From sequence record SRR20825006_1326: a stretch of 20,000 nucleotides of DNA. The stretch is one strand, 5' to 3'. A program made the position numbers and the translations under genes. The notes under the pieces were generated by a model. It was not told where the DNA came from, searched no databases, and worked only from the letters and a program-made list of their open reading frames with translations. Shown piece after piece: positions 1-7,418 of the stretch (position 1 is the stretch's first letter; the number at the start of each line of letters is the position of its first letter).

Positions 1-2977
1 AATGGCGAATTTCATCAGCATGATAAATATCACTGCGATATTCCCAGAGAAACGAGACCATATCATTGTCAGTGAAATGTCTGTCGCGGTTCACCACCAA
101 ACAGTCCAAATCAAACTTGGTGGTTTTGGAAATCACCGTTTCATCTTTGCGCCAGCGCAGCCCGTCAATGTCATCCACATCAATCGGCGCATCATGGAAG
201 CCAAGCAAAACATTGAATAAGGGATTCTGCCCGCCAAACCGATCTGGGTTGAGCACCTCGACCACAGCACCAAAAGGCATTTCCTGGTTGGCATAGGCGG
301 CATCAATTGTCTTTTGCGTGTGCTGAATAAATGAAAGTGCGTCTTGATCAGGATCGATTTTGGCACGAAGCACCAGCGTGTTCACCAACATGCCGAGGAT
401 TGATTGGCTGTTCAGCCAATTTCGGTTGGCAAATGGCGCACCGAAAACAATGTCTTGCTCGCCAGAATATTGCCAAAGCATCAAGTTGAGCACCGCTGAG
501 GTGAAGCCAAAAGGCGTTACACCAATTTCGCGGCACATGTCCTCACATCTGGCCCACTCAGCACGGGTGAAATCGATACGCTCATAACCGCCTTCAAAGC
601 CCAATCGCGTAGATTTCTTACCAAATATCGGCACCGCACGTGGCGCATCTGCAAGTTGCTCAACCCAATAGTTTTTTTGCCGCTCCGCATCTGGTGAGGC
701 GAGCCATTCGGTTTGTGTGAGCAAAAAGTCCGAATATTGCGGCACTTCTGCTGGTGCAAATTCGTAATCGGGCGAAGCAAAATGATGATACCAGCCCATT
801 AATTCTGCCGTAAATTCTGAGCCGCCCCATCCATCATGCACAATATGATGTTCCTGATGCAGCAGAACATAGTGCTGGTCAGAGAATTTGATCAATGCAA
901 ACCGTGCCAGTGGCAGTTTGCTCAAATCAAAAATGCCCGGCAGCACTTCTGCAAATGTCTGCTTGATAAAATCCTCGCGCGCATCTGCCGCGACATGCGT
1001 GGCATCAATGCTTGGATATTCAACCTGGTGATGCGGCAAAATCTGCTGAACGGGTTCACCCTGATCTTCGAAAAAGACAGTACGATAAATCTCATGCCGA
1101 TCAAAAATCTTCTGCGCCGCGTTCAGCATCGCTTCAGGATTAAACGCGCCGTCAAAATGATGCACCGCTTCGGCAAGATAGGCTTTGCTGGTTGGGTCTT
1201 GGTTGAACATATACCAAGCCGCATTTTGCTGCTGCGACAGCGGCAACACATCTGTGTTACGTTGGTTCAGCTCAATCTGCACAATATCGGTCGCATCGCG
1301 CTCCAGCAGATCAATCAACGCGGCAAGTGTCGGTGCCTTCCGAAAGTCGCCAACTGCAACTTTGCGGCCAGTCATCTTGGATAGTTTGGCCAAAAGCCGC
1401 ATCGCACCAACTGAATCGCCACCAAGCTGGAAAAAATCTTGATCCAACTCGACATGCTCTCGTCCAACTTCATGCAAAAAAGCCGCACGCGCCACACTTT
1501 CCAAATCATCGACAGAATACGCGATTTCAGCATCAGCCGCCGCGAGGGCCGCCAAAGCCTTGCGATCAACTTTGTGATTCAATGTGTAAGGCAAGCGATT
1601 CAAAAATTTGAAATATTTAGGGAAATGAGAGTCCGGAAGTCGCTTTGACAGTACATCTTTCAACTGCGGCAATAATCCACTCTCGGCAGAACCAGCCACC
1701 ACGAACGCCACAAGATGACGGTCACTGCTATTGTCTCCAACAGCAATCACCGCCGCTTCGCGAACTTCTTTATGCTCCAACAACACAGTTTCAATGGCAC
1801 TGGTCTCAACGCGCGCACCGCGAATTTTCACTTGGAAGTCTGTCCGACCAACAAACTTGAAGCTGCCGTCTGAGACTGCTTGAACCTCATCACCCGTAAA
1901 ATACCGAACGAGGCCATCGTGGCCTTTAACAAAGCGCTCAGCGGTTTGCTCAGGCGCGCCCATATAGCCTTTCGCAAGGCCAAAGCCACTGATCACCAAT
2001 TCAAGGCTTTCCGGGTCTTGAGATAATTGGACATGCTTAAGTGGTGCGCCCAAACTGATTGGCATGTTCGGTTCAATTTTGCACAGACTGGTGCAAACTG
2101 AAGCTTCTGTTGGTCCATAACCATTGAAAGTTGGGCAAATCGCCGCCCAATCCCACAGCAGCTGATCATCAAGCTTGTCGCCAACGCAAATTAACGCGTC
2201 CAGCGCATAATCCTGCCGTTGTGGCAAATAGGGCGCCAAGGCAGCGGGCAATGTCAAATGCGTAATTTTTTCCGCAACGAGAAACGATGCCAATTCCTCT
2301 GGTGCCAACCGAGCAGCTTCCGGCACAATCGCCAATTCGGCACCATGCAAATAGGCCTGCAAAAATTCCAGCACCGCCGAATCGAAAGAAAGGCCCGTGA
2401 ATTGCGCAATGATTGAATTGGCATCCATCCCGGTGCGCGCACCGAAATCTTTTGCCGCCATCAACATGGCATCCAGCGTCAACATCACGCCCTTGGGTTT
2501 GCCTGTGGTGCCAGACGTAAACAGCACGAATCCCACTTCGCCAGCCTCCAGCGGGGCAGGTGTCGTCTCTTTTTCCACTTTGACTGCCTCTAGACTTTCA
2601 AGCGTCTGGAATTGTGTGTCCGCCCAGCCTTCAGGCTGATCGGTAATCACCAAACCACATTGCGCAGTTTCAACCAGATTTCGTTTATATTCTTCACCAT
2701 GTGCTGGATCGATTGGCACCACAACACAGCCCGCTTTAAGGCAGGCCAACATGGCAACAAATACATTCGGCCCGCGGTGTAGCGAAATGCCGATGGTGGG
2801 GCGTCCAAATTCTTGTGAGATGGGAAGGTTTAGGCTGCCAATTGCCGCTGCCAGCGCGGCAGCTCTTTGTTCTAAGCTGCCATAATCCATTTTCTGCCCT
2901 TCATAAGAAAGGGCGGTCCGGTTCAAATCCAAATGGTTGGCCGGGGTGGTGCGAAATGGATTTACAAAATCTGGCAT
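1..2977 (-). CDS. Non-ribosomal peptide synthetase (A-T-C..., 3' end outside window; ~992 aa visible)
   Basis: Manual translation from ATG 2977 (in-frame TAG at 2996-2998 upstream), open to the window edge: MPDFVNPFRTT... A-domain motifs FTSGTTGKPKG (~2489-2521), FDSAVLE, NGYGPTE, ELVISGFGLAKGY, YFTGD, GRTDFQVKIRG, NHKVDRKAL. Carrier domain DFFQLGGDS (Ser at 1412-1414). C domain PLSQQQ...RHEIYRT...EHHIVHDG (830-853)...GMLVNTLVLR...NQEMPF. Confidence 0.97.
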   Translation of the reverse strand, partial: MPDFVNPFRTTPANHLDLNRTALSYEGQKMDYGSLEQRAAALAAAIGSLNLPISQEFGRPTIGISLHRGPNVFVAMLACLKAGCVVVPIDPAHGEEYKRNLVETAQCGLVITDQPEGWADTQFQTLESLEAVKVEKETTPAPLEAGEVGFVLFTSGTTGKPKGVMLTLDAMLMAAKDFGARTGMDANSIIAQFTGLSFDSAVLEFLQAYLHGAELAIVPEAARLAPEELASFLVAEKITHLTLPAALAPYLPQRQDYALDALICVGDKLDDQLLWDWAAICPTFNGYGPTEASVCTSLCKIEPNMPISLGAPLKHVQLSQDPESLELVISGFGLAKGYMGAPEQTAERFVKGHDGLVRYFTGDEVQAVSDGSFKFVGRTDFQVKIRGARVETSAIETVLLEHKEVREAAVIAVGDNSSDRHLVAFVVAGSAESGLLPQLKDVLSKRLPDSHFPKYFKFLNRLPYTLNHKVDRKALAALAAADAEIAYSVDDLESVARAAFLHEVGREHVELDQDFFQLGGDSVGAMRLLAKLSKMTGRKVAVGDFRKAPTLAALIDLLERDATDIVQIELNQRNTDVLPLSQQQNAAWYMFNQDPTSKAYLAEAVHHFDGAFNPEAMLNAAQKIFDRHEIYRTVFFEDQGEPVQQILPHHQVEYPSIDATHVAADAREDFIKQTFAEVLPGIFDLSKLPLARFALIKFSDQHYVLLHQEHHIVHDGWGGSEFTAELMGWYHHFASPDYEFAPAEVPQYSDFLLTQTEWLASPDAERQKNYWVEQLADAPRAVPIFGKKSTRLGFEGGYERIDFTRAEWARCEDMCREIGVTPFGFTSAVLNLMLWQYSGEQDIVFGAPFANRNWLNSQSILGMLVNTLVLRAKIDPDQDALSFIQHTQKTIDAAYANQEMPFGAVVEVLNPDRFGGQNPLFNVLLGFHDAPIDVDDIDGLRWRKDETVISKTTKFDLDCLVVNRDRHFTDNDMVSFLWEYRSDIYHADEIRH

Positions 2978-3007
2978 CTTTAAAGATCTCAAATGCTAAG
3001 AATAAAG

Positions 3008-3023
3008 CGCCAATTGCTTGGCG
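3008..3023 (-). terminator. Possible intrinsic terminator/attenuator hairpin in the NRPS leader
   Basis: Minus-strand RNA CGCCAA-GCAA-UUGGCG (6-bp stem, GNRA tetraloop) followed by CUUUAUUCUU, about 30 nt before the NRPS ATG. Confidence 0.35.
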
Positions 3024-3093
3024 GTCCGGTCCGGGCAATCAAATAAGCGAATAATGTCGCTTTTATGCTGCTGCTGATGCCCACGGATAAAAT

Positions 3094-3170
3094 GATCGAA
3101 CCTCGCACCGTACGCCTAAAACTTTAGTCGCGAAAGCTAAAGCGAGGGAGATGAAGTGCGAGATCCGATC
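3094..3170 (-). promoter_or_regulatory. Long stem-loop (structured cis-element or small RNA candidate)
   Basis: GAUCGGAUCUCGCAC (3170-3156) pairs over 15 contiguous bp with GUGCGAGGUUCGAUC (3108-3094), including two G-U pairs that work only on the minus strand. Inner hairpin CUUUAG/CUAAAG (3142-3122). Followed by AUUUUAU. Confidence 0.5.
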
Positions 3171-3193
3171 GAATAGGGTGCAATGCGAAAAGG

Positions 3194-3289
3194 CTATAAA
3201 CGCACCAACTTGGTTGCGCCGAAGTGCATGGACACACAAATGATCATCGGCGTTTTTAAGTTTGTTCTTAAAATGTTTTTTTCGCCCAT
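3194..3289 (-). CDS. Putative 31-aa leader peptide/uORF (MGEKNILRTNLKTPMIICVSMHFGATKLVRL)
   Basis: ATG 3289 preceded at 8 nt by GGGAGGGA (3305-3298), TAG at 3196-3194. Co-oriented with and upstream of the NRPS. No recognisable homology. Confidence 0.35.
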   Translation of the reverse strand: MGEKNILRTNLKTPMIICVSMHFGATKLVRL

Positions 3290-3320
3290 AATGCTAGTCC
3301 CTCCCAGAGCATAATTGGCA

Positions 3321-3490
3321 ACCAAGTCATATGTTTTGGTCTCACATATGGCACCTGATATTATCGTTTTTGGTCACCGCCATTTTATGGTTCGGCAACT
3401 CGAATAAGCTAATTCCGATTTTTGCATCAATCCAATGCTGAATCTGCATACCCTATGCATCTCTTGCAATGGATATCCGATCCATATGAC
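3321..3490. promoter_or_regulatory. Candidate operator palindromes in the divergent NRPS/MFS promoter region
   Basis: ACCAAGTCATATGTTTTGGT (3321-3340, 16/20 palindromic), GTCATATGT-N9-ACATATGGC (3326-3352), TGCATA-CCC-TATGCA (3445-3459), ATGGAT-N5-ATCCAT (3469-3485), CATATGAC (3483-3490). Confidence 0.35.
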
Positions 3491-3604
3491 GTTACGCTGT
3501 CAAACTTGTGGCGTAAAAGAACGTATCAGTACGCAGGGTCAAAAGCCCACATCGCCAATAAAGATAAGAACGATCCAATAATGGACGTTTGGGGGGAGAA
3601 GAGC

Positions 3605-4849
3605 GTGGCCAATGAAAAGAAAGCATGGGGCTTTGTCGCAACTTTGCGCAGCTTGCCGCCTCACGCACAATTCTTCATTGTCGCGATCACTTTGACCCGA
3701 TTGACCAGTTTTATGGTCTTTCCGTTTTTAGCTGTCATTTTGAGTGAGCGCTTGGGCGCAACCGTTTTTCAAATCGGCTTTCTGTTTACCTTGGGCGCAT
3801 TTGTCGGTCTGGCGGCATCGCCTATTGCTGGGTTCATTGCCGATGGGATGCGGAAAAAGAATCTGATGCATGGCGCCAACCTGCTGACCATCATTTGCTT
3901 TCTGATTTTAGCGTTCTTGCCCAATCTACAGGCTTATTTTATCGCGATCACCTTGTTCTCGGCTGCTGGAGGGGTGCTAGAGCCGCTTTTGCGCTCATCT
4001 TTGGGCGAATTGGCAGAAAATGAAGAACAGCGCCCAGCGCTCTTTCATGTGCGATATTACATTGTGAACATTGCGGGCGCGGTCGGGCCATTCATTGGCC
4101 TCTGGTTTATTCAAAGCGGAAACAACTCAATTTTCCTCATCGCAGCGGCAAGCTATGTGCTCTTGGGCTATGCCATTCAGTTCAAATTGCCTGAAATTGA
4201 GGACGCGCCGACCGCCAAAGAACGTGGCTCAAGCCTGTCCGTCTTAAAAGAAGCATTCAAACATCGTCTATTTGTCGCCTTGTTCATCTCCAACTTGCTG
4301 TTGGTCTTTATCTATGCACAAACTGACGAGCCGTTGACTTTGCACATGATCAATCTGGGCGTGCCCGACCTGGCCGCGATCATCGCCATGCTCACTGTCA
4401 CCAACACAGTCGTCGTGTTGGTTATCCATGGCCTGTTTATGAAGCAGATTATGGAAATGGGAGAGCGGACAGCCTTTCTGATCGCCATTGCTTGTTTGGG
4501 CCTGTCGCTATTGATGATTGCCATCAACCAACAGCAATTTGTCTGGCTTTGGGTTTTGGCCATCGGGGTTTCAACACTCGGCGAAATCATTGCTTTGCCC
4601 ATGTTTCTCACCATTGTAGATCGTGTCGCGCCAAAAGATCAGCGAAACTCCTTTTTCGGCATCTACATGCTGTCCAATCTCGGGGGCGCCGTTGCGCCAT
4701 TGTTGGCCGCACAATTGATCATCACATTGGGCGGCCCAGTTTTGTTTTATGCCGCAACAGCCTTGTGCCTGCCATTGGCATGGATCGGCTATATCGCTTT
4801 GAAAGAAAAACAACCAATTGCGGAGGAGGGGGAGATTGAATCCGTATGA
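3605..4849 (+). CDS. MFS transporter (probable efflux pump of the cluster)
   Basis: About 12 hydrophobic segments and a motif-A-like GFIADGMRKK. Start moved from 3422 to the in-frame GTG at 3605, which follows a GGGGGGAGA SD. Confidence 0.92.
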   Translation: MANEKKAWGFVATLRSLPPHAQFFIVAITLTRLTSFMVFPFLAVILSERLGATVFQIGFLFTLGAFVGLAASPIAGFIADGMRKKNLMHGANLLTIICFLILAFLPNLQAYFIAITLFSAAGGVLEPLLRSSLGELAENEEQRPALFHVRYYIVNIAGAVGPFIGLWFIQSGNNSIFLIAAASYVLLGYAIQFKLPEIEDAPTAKERGSSLSVLKEAFKHRLFVALFISNLLLVFIYAQTDEPLTLHMINLGVPDLAAIIAMLTVTNTVVVLVIHGLFMKQIMEMGERTAFLIAIACLGLSLLMIAINQQQFVWLWVLAIGVSTLGEIIALPMFLTIVDRVAPKDQRNSFFGIYMLSNLGGAVAPLLAAQLIITLGGPVLFYAATALCLPLAWIGYIALKEKQPIAEEGEIESV

Positions 4850-5858
4850 AAAATTGGATGATCGCGCATTTTGGAAACTCGGCGTTGCCGAACCCAAACT
4901 GGGCGAACTAACCCAAGTCTGGCTTCCCAAATTTAATATAGAAAAGCAACATGCCGTTGCCACCGCCGGCTCATGCTTTGCGCAAAATATTGGGCGTGCC
5001 CTGCGTAGCCGTGGCATGAATTGGTTGGTCACCGAGAAACCACCGCAAGCTTTGCCACGCTCACTACACACAGCGCATAATTATGGACTTTTCACCTTTC
5101 GCACTGGCAACATCTACACGCCCGCTTTATTGGCGCAATGGGTGCGCTGGGCATTAGATAGATCCAGCATGGACCAAGAAGTGTGGGAAACAGACGGTCG
5201 ATTTTTCGACCCGTTCCGCCCATCAGTTCGGCCTAATGGTTTTGACAGCGTCGAAGATGTACTGGCCTCGCGCCACGTCACGGCCGATGCAGTCAAAACG
5301 GCAATCGAACAAGCGGATATTTTTCTGTTCACCCCGGGCCTTACCGAAGCTTGGGTCAACACAAAGTCAAAATCCATTTATCCAGCTTGTCCGGGCACAG
5401 TGCAGGGCACCTTCAACCCTGATGAGCATCAGTGCATCAATTTCGGTTTTGAGTCGGGCAAAAAAGCGTTGGCGAGTGCGTTCGACGCCATGCAAAACCA
5501 CAATCCAAACATCAAAATGCTGCTTACCGTTTCGCCTGTGCCGATCACAGCAACGGTAACTGGCCATCATGCGCTCACCGCCAGCACCTACACGAAATCG
5601 GTGCTGCGTGCCCTTGCTGGCGAATTTGCCAATGCCAATGAGCATGTGGACTATTTCCCGTCCTATGATTTGGTGTCGCCAGCCATGTTGGACCAGTCCT
5701 ATTTCAACGAAAACAAGCGAACGGTTTCCCCCAGTGGCGTCGATTATGTGATGAAGCATTTCTTTGAGGGCTTGGGGCAAGAGAAACAGTCCAGCCCGGT
5801 TCCAATGGGCGATATTGTCTGTGAAGATGAGATTTTAGAATATTATGGCAAAGCATGA
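4836..5858 (+). CDS. GSCFA-domain protein (SGNH/GDSL-like fold)
   Basis: Literal TAGSCFAQNI motif plus GNIYT, GLTEAW, LLTVSPVP, SKSV-like TKSVLR and YFPSY. Probable TTG start at 4836 (MNPYE...) after GGAGGAGG, overlapping the MFS 3' end. Confidence 0.92.
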   Translation: MNPYEKLDDRAFWKLGVAEPKLGELTQVWLPKFNIEKQHAVATAGSCFAQNIGRALRSRGMNWLVTEKPPQALPRSLHTAHNYGLFTFRTGNIYTPALLAQWVRWALDRSSMDQEVWETDGRFFDPFRPSVRPNGFDSVEDVLASRHVTADAVKTAIEQADIFLFTPGLTEAWVNTKSKSIYPACPGTVQGTFNPDEHQCINFGFESGKKALASAFDAMQNHNPNIKMLLTVSPVPITATVTGHHALTASTYTKSVLRALAGEFANANEHVDYFPSYDLVSPAMLDQSYFNENKRTVSPSGVDYVMKHFFEGLGQEKQSSPVPMGDIVCEDEILEYYGKA

Positions 5859-6507
5859 ATTTGCATTGATTGGTGACTCGCACGCAGGCACCATTGGCCG
5901 CGCTGCGCGGGAACGGGGCATCGAATTTGGCGGCGGCCCCATCGCCTCCGGCAAAGAGTTTTATTCAGATTTTTTCGAGGTAGAGCAGGGCAAACTCAGC
6001 TTTGTTGTGGAAGATACAATCCGGGTATATGGCGAACTGTGCCAGCTTTGGGGTGTAGATTGCATTGAAGATTTAGAGATTCCAATTGTCTCCACCATTG
6101 GCTCTGGATTTCATTTCCCAGCGGCACGCGCCGTTTGGGCAAACTTCCGCGACGAAAATCTAGGCTTTACTCAGGACTTTATCGCTGGCCCCATGTGTCA
6201 ATCGATCTTTCAACGCATGCAAGCACCCATGTTGGCCTTTCATCAGCACCTAGTCGAGCAGGGCAAAACCGTGTTTTTCGCACTACCACCACAACGCGTT
6301 CCAGACAGTGCATGGGGTGAACTGTTCCGTGCACTGCAAAATCGTGCCGTTAGCGAACTCACAAAAATTGGCTGTTCAGTCATCGATGTGCGCAATGACA
6401 CATCGGATAAGGAAGGCAATCTTCTGGCTGAATATTGCCAGGACAATGATCCAATTCATGGAAACACCGCCCTGGGCAAAAAGATGTTAGAGGCCGCTGG
6501 CCTCTAA
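5845..6507 (+). CDS. SGNH/GDSL hydrolase-like protein
   Basis: N-terminal LIGDSHA (block I Ser) and C-terminal DPIHGN (DxxH, block V). Start overlaps the GSCFA gene by 14 nt. Confidence 0.75.
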   Translation: MAKHEFALIGDSHAGTIGRAARERGIEFGGGPIASGKEFYSDFFEVEQGKLSFVVEDTIRVYGELCQLWGVDCIEDLEIPIVSTIGSGFHFPAARAVWANFRDENLGFTQDFIAGPMCQSIFQRMQAPMLAFHQHLVEQGKTVFFALPPQRVPDSAWGELFRALQNRAVSELTKIGCSVIDVRNDTSDKEGNLLAEYCQDNDPIHGNTALGKKMLEAAGL

Positions 6508-7379
6508 ATTTTCTCGTAAGGCTTTTCGCCCACAAGAGTTACCCGCTCACCAAAGCGGGAATAGGGGTAATAATCCCAAATGGCCCGGTGCTGCGTGCAA
6601 CGATTATCCCAAAACACCACGGTGCCAGTTTCCCACTGAACGCGACAGCTCAACAGCACCTCATGCTCAATCTGTCGGAACAGCATTTCCAAAATGGCAC
6701 GGCTTTCAAATTCAGTGAGCTGCAAAATGCGCGTCGTAAAACCGGGATTAATATAGAGCATTTTTGCACCCGTTTCCGGATGTTTCACCACAATTGGGTG
6801 CTCGATCTTTGGCAAATTAGGTGGCGCTTCATACCCAGCCCATGGCAATGCCGCATCATGGATCGCAGTCATACCTTCAAGCATTTCTTTCATGCCCGGC
6901 GAAAGCATCTCATAGGCCAAATGCATATTGGCAAAAACCGTATCACCACCGCATCCAATCTCCGGAATTTGATGAATGTGCAGCATCTGCGCCCATGCGG
7001 GCTGTTCCGATGCAGTGCCATCTGTGTGCCAAACTTCACCCGCCACAAACTGCGAAGCGTCCGAGGCTTGGATCAACACAATCTCGGGATCATCGCCATC
7101 AATATCTTCAAGTGCCATTTTCCGCAGCGTACCAAAATTGCGAGCAAACTCTTTTTGCTGCTCCGTATCAATTTTCTGATCACGGAAAACCAACACATGA
7201 TATTCATTCAGCGCCTGCCGCAACTCAGCAACCTGCTCTTTGCTGATTGGTTTTGACATGTCGATGCCACTCACTTCGCCACCGATAACCGGATTGAAGC
7301 GCTTTACATTGATGGTCTTAAAGTCAGTCTTTTTGGCCGTGGCGATCTTTTTGATCGCTTCTAAATTGGTGTGGTCCAT
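6504..7379 (-). CDS. TauD/TfdA-family Fe(II)/2-oxoglutarate dioxygenase
   Basis: IGGEVSGIDM, VLVFRDQ, WHTD (HxD), GGDTVFA, HPETG, WDNRCTQH, RFGERVT. Purine-rich SD upstream. Confidence 0.95.
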   Translation of the reverse strand: MDHTNLEAIKKIATAKKTDFKTINVKRFNPVIGGEVSGIDMSKPISKEQVAELRQALNEYHVLVFRDQKIDTEQQKEFARNFGTLRKMALEDIDGDDPEIVLIQASDASQFVAGEVWHTDGTASEQPAWAQMLHIHQIPEIGCGGDTVFANMHLAYEMLSPGMKEMLEGMTAIHDAALPWAGYEAPPNLPKIEHPIVVKHPETGAKMLYINPGFTTRILQLTEFESRAILEMLFRQIEHEVLLSCRVQWETGTVVFWDNRCTQHRAIWDYYPYSRFGERVTLVGEKPYEKI

Positions 7380-7418
7380 TTCTCTCTCCCAAATGACAAT
7401 TCTTCTTGTCCGTTTGTT

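Noticed and set aside
2912-3030. 11-bp direct repeat GGCGGTCCGGT (2912-2922 and 3020-3030)
   Set aside because: Only two copies, one inside coding sequence, with no array or target-site-duplication context. Probably chance.
2-3054. Many short ORFs in the track over 2-3054 (e.g. 836-1384 +)
   Set aside because: They are antisense or off-frame shadows of the NRPS reading frame, which is continuous and motif-rich.
3115-3150. Resemblance of AAACTTTAGTCGCGAAAGCTAAAG to a c-di-GMP-I riboswitch GAAA hairpin or to a REP element
   Set aside because: It lacks the GGCAAAC...GACGCAAAGC context, is single-copy in the window, and the better-supported structure is on the opposite strand.
3422-3604. N-terminal extension of the MFS ORF (likewise the extensions at 4818, 8954 and 9609 for other genes)
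   Set aside because: These are longest-ORF artefacts. Better starts with SD sites or coupling overlaps lie at 3605, 4836, 8858 and 9564.
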